The position numbers and the translations under genes are program-made. A model generated the notes under the pieces. It did no database searches. It was not told where the DNA came from and worked only from the letters and a program-made list of their open reading frames with translations. From contig CAYMEV010000001.1 in NCBI GenBank assembly GCA_964389675.1, positions 62,001 to 126,000 of the forward strand: a stretch of 64,000 nucleotides of DNA, given 5' to 3'. Source of the DNA: an uncultured Candidatus Sumerlaeota bacterium. Its GTDB lineage: Bacteria > CAYMEV01. Below, piece after piece: positions 8,661-19,211 of this stretch (position 1 is its first letter; each line of letters begins with the position of its first letter).

Positions 8661-10716
8661 TAGGGACATTTCCCTTTGATATTAGATCAGAGATAAGAAT
8701 GCCTACGTCAACAACCAATATGGGCTTTTTATCTCCGAGGTCTGTAGCCCCTGATATACCCGGCACATTCATAAGCAGATCCCCGATAGACTTGATGACA
8801 ATCTCCTCCTGGCCCAGCATTTCAGTTACAACCAGCCCTATCATTATATCTCCTGACTGGACATATATAATGAACTGCTCATCGCTGTCGTCATCCTGCG
8901 GGCTGGGAATATTAAAAACCTCCTTAAGCCTAAGTATGGGATAAGGCTTCCCTCTCAGGAATATAACCTCTTTGTTCTCTATGGTAGATATATCATCATT
9001 GTCAAGCACAGAGCTTTCAATTACGGAAGACATGGGAAGAGCATACTTTTCATCATTAACCCTCACCAGCAGAGCCTGGATTATTGCCATTGTAATCGGC
9101 AGGACAAGTCTTACAGTAGTTCCTTTGCCTTTTTCTGAGTTTATCTCAATGGTTCCCCTCAGGTCCGTTATGTTCTTTTTTACCACATCCATTCCAACAC
9201 CTCTGCCTGATATTGCATTAACATCATTCTTGGTGCTGAATCCCGGCATGAAAAGCAGATTAAAAACCTCTCTGTCATTGAGTATATTAAGCTCCTCTGA
9301 AAGGCCCTTTTTCTTTGCTGCTTCAAGGATCTTTTCCTTATCAATACCCCTTCCGTCATCTATAATATCGATTATTACATTGTTTCCCTTCTGATATGCA
9401 TTGAGGCTGATCTGCCCTTCACTGTCCTTTCCAATGGCAATTCTTTCATCGGAGGGTTCAATCCCATGATCAATGGAATTTCGGATAATATGGAGAAGAG
9501 GATCTGCAATTTCTTCTACCACAACCTTATCAAGCTCAGTCTCCTCTCCGGTGATCTTGAATGAGATCTTTTTATTAAGCTCCCTGGCAGTTTTCCTGAC
9601 TATTCTTGAAAGCTTGTTGATTTTCTGCCCGATAGGCACCATCCTGATTTCAATAACACTTTTCTGAAGCTCATTGAACCTTCTTTCAAGTATCTTTGAT
9701 GCCTTATGCAGTTCATCAGCTATTGCAGAATAACCCTCAACAGCAATAAGGTTTTTTGCTATCCTGGCTATCTGAGTCTTGGAGAGTATAAGGTCTCCAA
9801 TAATATTCATCACTGTGTCCAGTTTTTTTATATCAACTCTTACTGTCTGGCTGATACTGCGCAGATCAACAATATCTTCTGAGTATATGCCGGAAGCTGC
9901 TCTCTCCGTTTCCTCTTTATCGGCTGTAATATGGGCAGGCATAGTTTTTGCTTTTTTTTCAATACCCTCCGGCTGTTTATAATTAATCCTTTCTATATGA
10001 TGCCTTGTATTTTTGCATATCTCTTCAAGCTCTGCTTCATCCAGGGCTGTTGAGAATATTATTATAAAATTGATATTGTCTGTATCTTCACTATGGATAT
10101 TCGGCAAAGTAGTTATTATTTCACCCTTGGTCTTAAGGACATCATTTGTCTGAGTTAATTCCTGGTCAAATGTGTCAAAGGAGAAGGAAAGGTGTATCTT
10201 GTAGATATTGTTTCTCTGGTTTGTGTTTTCCTTTAGCCTGTGCTCTTCATATTCAGTCAGGACATTAAGGTAATCAGGTTCGATGTCTATAATATTCTGT
10301 ATATTTGAGTCATCTATATTTGAGCTTTTGCTTGATATATTGTGTATCTTAACCAGTATGGGGGCTATTGAATACTCATCCTTATCAAGCTTGATCTCTT
10401 CAAGAAGCTTATTAAATATATCAGTTGTCTGGAACATAATATCTACAACCTCCTGATATAGCTCAATCTTGCCCATTCTTAGATTATCCAGGAGGCTTTC
10501 AAAATCATGGCTTAAGTCCATAATTTTCTTATACCCCAGCATTCCGCTCAGGCCCTTGAGGCTATGGGCAGCCCGGAATACCGTATTTATCATTTCAAAT
10601 GATTTATGGCTCTGATCAGGGGTTAAAAGGTCAAGTGAATTTATATTTGAATAAAGGTCCTCTGTAAGCGACTCTGCCTCGGCTAAAAATTCCTTCTTTG
10701 TATTTTCATCGATCAT
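8653..10716 (-). CDS. cheA: Chemotaxis histidine kinase CheA
   Basis: Hpt FRAAHSLKG; HIIRNSIDHGIE; DDGRG; FMPGFST; SGRGVGMDVV; C-terminal CheW-like domain. Confidence 0.97.
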   Translation of the reverse strand: MIDENTKKEFLAEAESLTEDLYSNINSLDLLTPDQSHKSFEMINTVFRAAHSLKGLSGMLGYKKIMDLSHDFESLLDNLRMGKIELYQEVVDIMFQTTDIFNKLLEEIKLDKDEYSIAPILVKIHNISSKSSNIDDSNIQNIIDIEPDYLNVLTEYEEHRLKENTNQRNNIYKIHLSFSFDTFDQELTQTNDVLKTKGEIITTLPNIHSEDTDNINFIIIFSTALDEAELEEICKNTRHHIERINYKQPEGIEKKAKTMPAHITADKEETERAASGIYSEDIVDLRSISQTVRVDIKKLDTVMNIIGDLILSKTQIARIAKNLIAVEGYSAIADELHKASKILERRFNELQKSVIEIRMVPIGQKINKLSRIVRKTARELNKKISFKITGEETELDKVVVEEIADPLLHIIRNSIDHGIEPSDERIAIGKDSEGQISLNAYQKGNNVIIDIIDDGRGIDKEKILEAAKKKGLSEELNILNDREVFNLLFMPGFSTKNDVNAISGRGVGMDVVKKNITDLRGTIEINSEKGKGTTVRLVLPITMAIIQALLVRVNDEKYALPMSSVIESSVLDNDDISTIENKEVIFLRGKPYPILRLKEVFNIPSPQDDDSDEQFIIYVQSGDIMIGLVVTEMLGQEEIVIKSIGDLLMNVPGISGATDLGDKKPILVVDVGILISDLISKGNVPNV

Positions 10717-10874
10717 AGCTATGGTTTTTACACACCCTTACCTGATTTTAACCCAATATAGCATAATGGTCAAATTAAATAAGGATTCATTCAACCGGCT
10801 TCATTTACGTCAGTAGTTTTAATCTCGCGGTAATATAATGACTTTTCAGCTTTTTAAATACTCCATATAAATTA

Positions 10875-10905
10875 TTGACAAAATTTCAAAACTTTTTATT
10901 ATACT
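10875..10905 (+). promoter_or_regulatory. Putative sigma70 promoter of the histidine kinase gene
   Basis: TTGACA at 10875-10880, then TATTAT (16-nt spacer) or TATACT (19-nt spacer), about 30 bp before ATG 10935. Confidence 0.5.
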
Positions 10906-10934
10906 AATGAATATTTATTTTGTAAGGTGTCTGG

Positions 10935-12119
10935 ATGATAAATCAGGATGAGATTATTAGCAGGCTGAAGAATGTTTCATTCTTTTATGAAATGGAACCC
11001 GGCTTCTACAAAGACCTTATCAATATAAGCAAGATCGTTACCCTGCCGGAAAATACTACTATTTTTAATGAAAATGATGAAGCAGATAACCTATATATAA
11101 TACTAAAAGGCTCTATCAAGATATTTAAGGATTTTGAGGATAAATCCCATAAAGAAATAGCAAAAAGAACCGAAAACGAGATCCTCGGAGAGATGGCGAT
11201 CTTCAATAATAAGCCAAGGTCCGCATCTGCAGTGACCGATACAGAAACCACCATGATAGAGATAAAAAAGAATGATTTTAATAAGCTTCTTGAAGACAAG
11301 CCATCCTTCTGGAGATCAATTGCACTGTCCCTTTCCTCAAAACTGAGGGAAACTGATATATCATTGATAAATGACCTGCAGAGGAAGAATATCGAGCTTC
11401 AGAAAGCATATGATGAGCTGAAGAACACACAGCAGGAGCTTATAAAGGCTGAGCGGCTCTCAACAATTGGCGATCTTGCTTCAAGGATTATCCATGATAT
11501 CAAGAACCCCATGACAACCATAAGAGGCTTTGGAGAAATGCTAAGCAGGGATAATCTTCCCCAGGAAAAGAGGAGGATATTCTCGCAGACAATTACCAAT
11601 TCCATCGACCAGCTCGTTGACATGACCCAGGAGATCCTTGATTTTGCAAGGGGAGTGTCCATTACATCGCTTGAACCAGTCAATATGGCGGAATTTATAC
11701 AAAGCCTCTCCTCTGTAATTCAGGTAGAATTTGAATTGAGGGGAATATGCTATCAGGGATCATGCACATATGAAGGCACCATGAAAATGGATAAGGGCAA
11801 GCTGAAAAGAGCAATATACAATATTATCAATAATGCAAGGGATATCATGAAAAGCGGGGACTGCTTCTATCTGAACTGCTACCCGGAGGATGAAAACCAT
11901 TTTGTAATTTCCCTCAGGGATACCGGCTGCGGGATACCTGAAAAGATAAGAAACAAGATATTTGACCCCTTCTTCACCTACAATAAGTCAAGAGGGACAG
12001 GCCTGGGCCTGGCTATTGTCAAAAAGATCGTGGAAGACCACAAAGGTTCAATCTCTTTTGAAACAGAGATAGGCAAAGGCACAACATTCTTCTTAAGGTT
12101 CCCCATTCCAAAGGATTAA
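10935..12119 (+). CDS. Cyclic-nucleotide-binding domain sensor histidine kinase (soluble)
   Basis: GEMAIFNNKPRSASA cNMP motif; coiled coil; HDIKNPMT H-box; NIINNA; DTGCG; GTGLGL. Confidence 0.93.
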   Translation: MINQDEIISRLKNVSFFYEMEPGFYKDLINISKIVTLPENTTIFNENDEADNLYIILKGSIKIFKDFEDKSHKEIAKRTENEILGEMAIFNNKPRSASAVTDTETTMIEIKKNDFNKLLEDKPSFWRSIALSLSSKLRETDISLINDLQRKNIELQKAYDELKNTQQELIKAERLSTIGDLASRIIHDIKNPMTTIRGFGEMLSRDNLPQEKRRIFSQTITNSIDQLVDMTQEILDFARGVSITSLEPVNMAEFIQSLSSVIQVEFELRGICYQGSCTYEGTMKMDKGKLKRAIYNIINNARDIMKSGDCFYLNCYPEDENHFVISLRDTGCGIPEKIRNKIFDPFFTYNKSRGTGLGLAIVKKIVEDHKGSISFETEIGKGTTFFLRFPIPKD

Positions 12120-12147
12120 AAAACCATTTCCCTCAAAATATCAGGAG

Positions 12148-13629
12148 TCATTTCTTCAGTTTTTCGAGCATTTGTTTTGCATTATCGTTATCCGGATTGA
12201 TACTTAAAGATTTCATATAATACTTGATCGCCTTTTCAGTATCGTTGTTCTTCATAAAGGCTTCAGCAAGGCTGTCATAAACATTCCAGGAATCGGGAAA
12301 GAGCTTCACATTCTCCTGAAATATCCTGATGGCATCATCAATTCTGTTCCTGTTGATTAAATGATATCCCAATGCATTCAACTGAGATTCCGAAAAATCA
12401 TAATGATCAGGTTTACCATTCTTCAAAGCATAATATTTTGCCAGAGCATGGCCAATATCATGACCTTTTATTTCTTTAGCCATCAATGCAGCAATAGATC
12501 CTTTCGGCATTTTGCACTCATCTCCGTGGAGGATGTCATAAACGGTAAAAGCCAGCTTTCCCGGGCGGAAGCCAGCCTTGTTTGTGAGAATAATGACCGT
12601 ATTGCCATGCTGATAATCCCTTAAGAAGAAGGAATTAAACCCGAGCCAGCCGCCGCCATGAGCGACAAAATCACCTCTGCTGTCCTGAATAACAGACCAG
12701 CCGAATCCATAATCCACCTTCTCTCCGTTCTTCAGTGTTGGACAGGAGAATGCTTCACTCAATAACTGCTGTTTGACAAGCTTTTCTCCATACAGGATCT
12801 GGTCATACTTAAACATATCATCAACTGTCGAGTATATACCGCCATCACCGTACATGCCATTCTGGTAATGCCAGTCGAATTCTGTGTAACCCTGCCCGGA
12901 CTGGTCATCCTTAAAACCATGTGCCCGAAGTTTATCAGGAAGCTTTCCATTCGCGGGATTTACAAATGTATTCTCCATACCAGAAGGCTTAAAAACTCGT
13001 GTCTTCATGAATTCCTGAAATGTCTTTCCTGTAATACGCTCAACAATAAGGGCCAGCAGGATGTACCCAGTATTGCAGTACTGATGACGCGTTCCAGGCT
13101 GGAACAGCAATAGTGGCTTATGTTTAACGAAGAGTTCCAAAACATCATGGTTCGTGGCAACCTTTTGCCTTCTGCCTTCATCACCCTCTTTCTCACAGTA
13201 TTGGTCAAGAAGTGGCCCGTAATCCGGCAAACCGGATGTATGCGTTAACAGCTGCCTAATTGTGATGCTGTTATAAGGAAGCTCCGGCAGATGCTTTGTT
13301 ATACTATCACTGTAGTTAAGATCACCATCCTGCTTCAGGAGCATTACTGCAAGACCGGTGAACTGTTTTGAAACTGATGCCAGCCTGAACCGATGCCCGG
13401 CTGTCAAAAGCTCTCCTGTCGCTGGATCAGCTATCCCATGCACACGCTGATAGAGGATATCATGATCATAGGCTACAAGTATGCACCCGTTGAATGCTTC
13501 AAGCTCAATATATCTATCTACCACACAATCAATCGCCTTGATCATCGTCTCGCGATCTTCCGCCATAATAGAAACGGAATAAAATATTGACAGCACAACA
13601 ATCAAATTTTTAAATAGACCTCTTCTCAT
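12148..13629 (-). CDS. Secreted serine hydrolase (beta-lactamase/S12 family) with C-terminal TPR
   Basis: Signal peptide; ASVSKQF (SxxK), LLTHTSG, YCN, HGGG; TPR LNALGY...WNVYDSLAEA. Confidence 0.92.
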   Translation of the reverse strand: MRRGLFKNLIVVLSIFYSVSIMAEDRETMIKAIDCVVDRYIELEAFNGCILVAYDHDILYQRVHGIADPATGELLTAGHRFRLASVSKQFTGLAVMLLKQDGDLNYSDSITKHLPELPYNSITIRQLLTHTSGLPDYGPLLDQYCEKEGDEGRRQKVATNHDVLELFVKHKPLLLFQPGTRHQYCNTGYILLALIVERITGKTFQEFMKTRVFKPSGMENTFVNPANGKLPDKLRAHGFKDDQSGQGYTEFDWHYQNGMYGDGGIYSTVDDMFKYDQILYGEKLVKQQLLSEAFSCPTLKNGEKVDYGFGWSVIQDSRGDFVAHGGGWLGFNSFFLRDYQHGNTVIILTNKAGFRPGKLAFTVYDILHGDECKMPKGSIAALMAKEIKGHDIGHALAKYYALKNGKPDHYDFSESQLNALGYHLINRNRIDDAIRIFQENVKLFPDSWNVYDSLAEAFMKNNDTEKAIKYYMKSLSINPDNDNAKQMLEKLKK

Positions 13630-13724
13630 CCCCCAAACCTCCTTTACATAATAAAAACAAAAATCATTCTGCTCTTCCTTCTTTCAAAGCCGTTAGATAC
13701 ATTATGACAGTCAAACCCAGCAAT

Positions 13725-14693
13725 CTAAAAGGGCCAGGAAAAAGACCTCTTTATCCGCTTCACCTTATATCCCCTATCTCTCAATATATCTATAATACTG
13801 TCCTCAGCTATAAAATGGCTGACACCTGCCATGGCAAATACTGTCTTATATTCTTTATCCATGATATATTCTTCAATGCTGTCTGCCATATTCAGGTTTC
13901 TTTTCTCATTCACCTTCTTCAGAGATTTATTTATATCAACAGTAAGTTCATCATTGCTGTCTTCGATATAGCCCTCATACTTTTCTTTTCTATTATTCTG
14001 ATGCAACACATAAGTACCTTTGATCCAGTGATCTATTAATTCTTCAATAGCCTCCTCATAACCAAAATCCTCCACGAATCTGGACTGCACGGATTTAACA
14101 AGATAATAACCAGTCTCTTCCTCTGACATTTCCTGCTCCATCAATTCATATTGATAGTCAGAATATTCCAGGCCATCCCATGGAATTCCGCTTTCCACGC
14201 ACTTATCCAGAAAATACCAGTCTATTCCGTTGTTTATGCTATCATCATACCCATATCGTGCCTGGCTGATTTTTCCCATTTCATAAAGGAAATAGAAGGG
14301 CCGGAACAGCTTGTAATCTTCGATTTCCAGGATATTCTCTTCAAGGATTCCTGTCAATTCTTTGTAATAGGACTCAGGTATATGGTTCTGCAAATTATCA
14401 TCAGGTGGATATAAAGCAAACTCATAATATGATCGTCCTTTTCTGCCTGTGCCTTTTTTTTCAATTAAAACTATATCTGAACTGGAAAAAGCACCAAATA
14501 TCTTTCTGTCAATTTTATCCAGTAGTTCAGGTTTAAATGCATGGATTGTACCAAGAAGATATATGGTTTTGCCATTTGATTCAATCTTCCAGAAATACAG
14601 ATACGGCCTGAATACACAGGATGATATAAAGAGCAGAGTTGATAAGAACAATAGAATTGCTGGTATTAAATATATGCACTTTTTTCTGATCAT
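13725..14693 (-). CDS. TraB/GumN family protein
   Basis: FWKIE...IYLLGTIH, GIDWYF, GLE, KRNLNMA, AMAGVSH. Confidence 0.88.
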   Translation of the reverse strand: MIRKKCIYLIPAILLFLSTLLFISSCVFRPYLYFWKIESNGKTIYLLGTIHAFKPELLDKIDRKIFGAFSSSDIVLIEKKGTGRKGRSYYEFALYPPDDNLQNHIPESYYKELTGILEENILEIEDYKLFRPFYFLYEMGKISQARYGYDDSINNGIDWYFLDKCVESGIPWDGLEYSDYQYELMEQEMSEEETGYYLVKSVQSRFVEDFGYEEAIEELIDHWIKGTYVLHQNNRKEKYEGYIEDSNDELTVDINKSLKKVNEKRNLNMADSIEEYIMDKEYKTVFAMAGVSHFIAEDSIIDILRDRGYKVKRIKRSFSWPF

Positions 14694-15190
14694 ATCAGAT
14701 ATAGCCTCTTTTATTTTGTAATAGTAAATTTTAATTTATTCAAGCATTATAAAGCAACAAAATGCTTTCTCGATTTTTATATTAATCTTGACCTTTTTAA
14801 AAACTGATATAGGAATACAGCCATTACTGTGAAATATAAAACTGATATAGTCCAGAGCATCAGCAATATTTTTAGTCTCTTTGCCATATGGACTGAGCTC
14901 AAAAGCTATATTAATACTTAAAATGCAGATTATTGCATTATGGCTTTTCTACAGGAAATTATATTAAATCTTAAAACATATTGTTATGTGCCTGTTATAA
15001 ACGGTAATGCAAGAAAGCACGCAGTTTTGCTGTCGAGGCAAAGCACTGTGCGGTATGCTGTGAATCATCTTCATGCAGTATTTATCAGAAGAATTGGACC
15101 AGACATGGGGATTCTTAGTATACTGAGATAATATTTTACTTGAGAATTCTTTTTCTGTGGCTGGGCATGGGCCTGCCTTTTGGTGTTTAA

Positions 15191-15622
15191 ATGGATAGAA
15201 AAGAGCTTGCTGTAAGGAGATTTTATGAAGAGCTTAACTGCTGTCAGGCAGTTATATCTGTATTCTGTAAGGACCATGATATTGATGAAAATACAGCTTT
15301 AAGACTTGCGGTCGGTTTTGGAGGAGGCATCGGCAATACACAGGATATTTGCGGAGCTGTTACAGGAGGCATAATGGTTTTAGGGTTTATATATGGCTTA
15401 TCTTTCTTTGATAAGCGAAATGTATATGAAAAATCCAGAGATTTTTTAAGCGAATTTAAAAAGGAGAATAAAACCATAAGATGCGCTGACCTTACAGGAT
15501 GCAACCTCCTAAGCCATGAAGGGAAACAGAAATATATAAGAGAAAATATACAGAGGAATATTTGTTCAAAGTGTATCAGGGATTCAGTCAGGATAATTGA
15601 GGAGCTTATCAGCAGGAATTAG
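15191..15622 (+). CDS. C-GCAxxG-C-C family putative redox protein
   Basis: NCCQAV, GFGGGIG, ICGAVTGG, RCADL, CSKC. Confidence 0.9.
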   Translation: MDRKELAVRRFYEELNCCQAVISVFCKDHDIDENTALRLAVGFGGGIGNTQDICGAVTGGIMVLGFIYGLSFFDKRNVYEKSRDFLSEFKKENKTIRCADLTGCNLLSHEGKQKYIRENIQRNICSKCIRDSVRIIEELISRN

Positions 15623-15628
15623 TATCTT

Positions 15629-16153
15629 TTATTTTGTTACCTCAATTTGTGGATTTTCCAGGGTTCTCATTGACATCTCAAGACCCTGGGTACCATCGCC
15701 TACCCCGCTTATTATATCTATCCCTGAACTATTTTCCAGGAACTCGCATTGCCTCCAGAAATGGTAGCCTGAGGCTATTTTAGAATCCTTGGTATTTGTT
15801 TTGAACCTTAATGCCTGTTTCCCTTGCTTCCATAGCTTTAGGTCAAATTGAAAAGATTGAAGATCTACTATCCCATGGGTGATCTTTGGGAGAGTCTCAG
15901 GGGTAAAGGATTTTTTCCATCCCGCCTGCATGCTGAACTCGAAGTCCAGGGGGCATTCCTCAGTAAAGGACTTCAGCTCGCTTTTATCTATAATCCCGTC
16001 TTTGTTCATATCACTGCCTGAAAAGCTCCCGGATATGATAACAGGGCCGTCTTCATCAGAGATCTTAAAGCTGTAATCACTGCCTGAAGAATTACAGGAA
16101 AAAACAAAAAATGCCAGAATGCAAAAAGCCAAGAATTTTGTAAAGTTATGCAT
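15629..16153 (-). CDS. Hypothetical lipoprotein with EF-hand-like loop
   Basis: Start ATG 16153 after AGGAGA; lipobox VFSC; DMNKDGIIDKSEL. Confidence 0.65.
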   Translation of the reverse strand: MHNFTKFLAFCILAFFVFSCNSSGSDYSFKISDEDGPVIISGSFSGSDMNKDGIIDKSELKSFTEECPLDFEFSMQAGWKKSFTPETLPKITHGIVDLQSFQFDLKLWKQGKQALRFKTNTKDSKIASGYHFWRQCEFLENSSGIDIISGVGDGTQGLEMSMRTLENPQIEVTK

Positions 16154-16429
16154 ATTCTCCTCCTGAATTGATGATAATTCCATTTTATACTATTATTATT
16201 GCAAATTTCAATGGGAAATTAAAATTTTTTATATCAAATTTTATATTGCCGTCTTTGTTCTTATTCTTTAATTTGTTGAATGCCGAATACTTGCGATTAT
16301 TAAAATTAGCAGATCAGAATGCAAAAATAAGGGACATTTCTATTTTGTTTTGACACAAATTCATTCATTTCTTGACATTTTTTTTATATTAGTACATATT
16401 ACCAGATGCAGAATTTTAGGAGGATGAAA

Positions 16430-16735
16430 ATGCCAATTTACGAGTACAGGTGCAATAAGTGCAAACGGAAATTCGAAGTAATGCAGAAAATATCAGACCC
16501 TCCTGTTTCATCCTGTAAATACTGCGATTCAAATGATGTCACAAGGCTTGTATCACTGGCATCCTTCTCTCTAAAAGGAAGCGGCTGGTATATGACAGAT
16601 TACAGCAACAGCAAAAAAAGCTCCAGTACTGCCTCAGGTACATCAAAAACCAAGACACCTCCCAAAAAAGATGCACCAGCTGAAAGCACTGCCAAAAAGG
16701 ACTCCTCTAAAGATAACCCTACACCAGCAGCCTGA
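16430..16735 (+). CDS. FmdB family zinc-ribbon protein
   Basis: MPIYEYRCNKC...CKYC...FSLKGSGWY.TDY; S/K-rich tail; RBS AGGAGG. Confidence 0.92.
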   Translation: MPIYEYRCNKCKRKFEVMQKISDPPVSSCKYCDSNDVTRLVSLASFSLKGSGWYMTDYSNSKKSSSTASGTSKTKTPPKKDAPAESTAKKDSSKDNPTPAA

Positions 16736-16770
16736 CCCTCTTTTCTATCAGGTCAGCAATCTGATTTATC

Positions 16771-16799
16771 TTGACATTTGTCACCAATTTTAATATAAG
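16771..16799 (+). promoter_or_regulatory. Putative sigma70 promoter of acyP-apt, overlapping the palindrome TGACA-TT-TGTCA
   Basis: TTGACA-N17-TATAAG immediately upstream of acyP. Confidence 0.45.
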
Positions 16800-16808
16800 C
16801 TTCAAGAT

Positions 16809-17084
16809 ATGGAAAACAATGCTGTACAAGTTACGGTAAAAGGAATAGTGCAGGGGGTCGGGTTTCGGTTCTTTGCTTCAAGAAGGGCGATGTATTATAA
16901 ACTGACCGGCTATGTCAAGAACAATTATGATGGTAGTGTTGAGATCTGGGCAGAAGGCCCGGGAGACCAGCTTAATTCTTATATACTGGATTTAAGAAAA
17001 GGCCCCTCAAGTGCTGTTGTTGAAGATGCTGAAATTAGCCATGTCAAAGCCAGGGGATACAGGTCCTTTGATATAAAATTCTAA
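16809..17084 (+). CDS. acyP: Acylphosphatase
   Basis: GIVQGVGFR, GYVKNNYDGSVE, KGPSSA. Confidence 0.96.
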   Translation: MENNAVQVTVKGIVQGVGFRFFASRRAMYYKLTGYVKNNYDGSVEIWAEGPGDQLNSYILDLRKGPSSAVVEDAEISHVKARGYRSFDIKF

Positions 17085-17102
17085 TGGTTCAGGAGATAAT
17101 TA

Positions 17103-17624
17103 ATGGATATTAATAAACTTAGATCAATAATTAGAGATATAAAAGATTTTCCCAAGGAAGGCATAATATTTAAGGATATTACCCCTTTGCTTTCAGATTA
17201 TGAGGCTTTCAGTTTCGTAATTGACCTGATGTATGATTATTATAAGGATAAGAACATCGATAAGATTCTCGCCATTGAATCAAGAGGGTTTATTTTTGCA
17301 TCCCCCCTGGCATACAAGCTTAAATGCGGCTTGAATATCTTCCGAAAGCCCGGAAAGCTGCCCTATAAAACAATATCCCATACTTATGAGCTGGAATACG
17401 GAACAGACAGCATAGAGATACATCAGGATGCTGTCAGGAAAAATGAAAAGGTAGCAATCATTGATGACCTTCTTGCAACCGGAGGCACAGCAAGGGCAGC
17501 CGTACATCTTGCAAAGGAAATGGGTGCAAAAAGCATATCAACAGGCTTTGTCATTGAGCTTTCTTTCTTAAATGGAAGAGAAAAGCTGAAAGATTACGAT
17601 ATTTTTAAGATTCTGGATTATTAA
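17103..17624 (+). CDS. apt: Adenine phosphoribosyltransferase
   Basis: DFPKEGIIFKDITPLL, ESRGF, RKPGKLP, LEYG, IIDDLLATGGT. Confidence 0.97.
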   Translation: MDINKLRSIIRDIKDFPKEGIIFKDITPLLSDYEAFSFVIDLMYDYYKDKNIDKILAIESRGFIFASPLAYKLKCGLNIFRKPGKLPYKTISHTYELEYGTDSIEIHQDAVRKNEKVAIIDDLLATGGTARAAVHLAKEMGAKSISTGFVIELSFLNGREKLKDYDIFKILDY

Positions 17625-17630
17625 ATAAGT

Positions 17631-17704
17631 GCGCCTGTAGCTCAGAAGGATAGAGCGAAGGATTCCTAATCCTTAGGTCGCAGGTTCGACTCCTGCCAGG
17701 CGTA
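17631..17704 (+). tRNA. tRNA-Arg (anticodon CCT); CCA not encoded
   Basis: Acceptor stem GCGCCTG/CAGGCGT, D arm GCTC..GAGC, anticodon arm AAGGA-TTCCTAA-TCCTT, T arm GCAGG-TTCGACT-CCTGC. Confidence 0.97.
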
Positions 17705-17727
17705 TTAACCCCTAATAGAGAGAAAAT

Positions 17728-19209
17728 ATGAATAGTGCGCTGAATGTTTTATTTCTTAGCAGTGAGGTATATCCATTCTCAAAAACCGGAGGGCTTGGTG
17801 ATGTTGCCGGATTTCTTCCCCCATGCATAAAATCTGCCGGAATAGATATCATCATAACAACTCCATTATACTCTTCAATTGACAGGAACAAATATCACCT
17901 GAGAAAGCTTGATTTCCGTTTAAACGTGCCAATGTTCTACTGGACTGAATATGCGAGCGTTTATCTGGGATTTCTTGCCAATTACACCCCTGTTTTTTTT
18001 ATTGAAAATAATTCTTTTTTTGACAGGCACGGCCTCTATCACGATCAAAACGGAGATTTTGGAGATAATCTAAAGAGGTTTTCTTTCTTTTCAAGAGCTT
18101 CCCTGGAACTGGCAAGACATCTTAACTTTAGGGCTGATATTATACATTGTAATGACTGGCAGACTGCATTAGCACCCGTACAGCTGAAGATGCTCTATAA
18201 TAATGATCCCATGCTTGGAGCCTGCGGATCCCTCATGACAATACATAATCTGGGTTATCAGGGCATTTTCCAGAAGGATAAGATATATGAAACAGGCTTC
18301 GGATGGGATATATTTAAGGACCAGTATATAGAGTATTATGATCAGATAAACCTCCTCAAAGGCGGCATAGTATTCTCAGAGATCATAAATACAGTGAGCC
18401 ACAGGTATGCCTATGAGATCCAGACTCCTGAATTTGGCTATAATCTTGACAGCCTTCTCTACAGCAGAAGAAAGGACCTGTATGGGATAATAAACGGAGC
18501 GGATTATTCAGAATGGAACCCCAGAACTGACAGGTTTATCCCTGCTGACTATGATGAAACAAGCCTGGATAAAAAGTATTTGTGCAAAAAGGAACTTCAG
18601 AAGCATTTTTATCTGAACGAGGACCCTGAGACACCTGTTATCGGCATCGTATCAAGGCTTGTGCACCAAAAGGGGTTTGACCTGCTTGCAAAAATAATGG
18701 AGAAGCTTAATAAGCATAATGTGCAGTTTGCAATACTGGGCACAGGGGATGAATGGGCGAATAACTACTTCAGCGCTCTTCCATTTATCTATCCAGGCAG
18801 GATAGGCTCAAAGGTCCTCTATAATGAAGCATATGCCCACCTTGTTGTAGCAGGCTCTGATTTTCTGCTTATGCCTTCAAGGTATGAACCCTGCGGGCTT
18901 AACCAGATGTATGCAATGAAATATGGCACTCTTCCAATAGTAAGGTCTGTAGGGGGCCTTGACGATACTGTAGATGATTACCATGAGCATTCAGGAAGCG
19001 GAACCGGATTCAAATTCCAGCATTTTACGCCCCTTGACCTGTACAATACTATAAAAAGGGCACTATATACATATATTGACAGAAAAGACCATTATAAGAA
19101 AATGCAGAGGACAGCCATGAAAAGGGAATTTTTATGGGAAGATGCAGCCTCTGATTATATTGCTTTATACGGTTTTGCAAAAGAAAAAAGACTTAAAGGA
19201 TGGTATTAA
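17728..19209 (+). CDS. glgA: Glycogen synthase
   Basis: KTGGLGDV, HCNDWQT, TIHNLGYQG, SRLVHQKG, MPSRYEPCGLNQMYAM. Confidence 0.97.
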   Translation: MNSALNVLFLSSEVYPFSKTGGLGDVAGFLPPCIKSAGIDIIITTPLYSSIDRNKYHLRKLDFRLNVPMFYWTEYASVYLGFLANYTPVFFIENNSFFDRHGLYHDQNGDFGDNLKRFSFFSRASLELARHLNFRADIIHCNDWQTALAPVQLKMLYNNDPMLGACGSLMTIHNLGYQGIFQKDKIYETGFGWDIFKDQYIEYYDQINLLKGGIVFSEIINTVSHRYAYEIQTPEFGYNLDSLLYSRRKDLYGIINGADYSEWNPRTDRFIPADYDETSLDKKYLCKKELQKHFYLNEDPETPVIGIVSRLVHQKGFDLLAKIMEKLNKHNVQFAILGTGDEWANNYFSALPFIYPGRIGSKVLYNEAYAHLVVAGSDFLLMPSRYEPCGLNQMYAMKYGTLPIVRSVGGLDDTVDDYHEHSGSGTGFKFQHFTPLDLYNTIKRALYTYIDRKDHYKKMQRTAMKREFLWEDAASDYIALYGFAKEKRLKGWY

Positions 19210-19211
19210 AT

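Noticed and set aside
12148-13629. Antibiotic-resistance beta-lactamase
   Set aside because: Motifs and the TPR fusion fit the broad S12 serine hydrolase family; no evidence for a true class C beta-lactamase.
17631-17704. tRNA-Arg as an integration site for a genomic island
   Set aside because: No integrase nearby, glgA follows 23 bp later, and I saw no duplicated tRNA 3' end.
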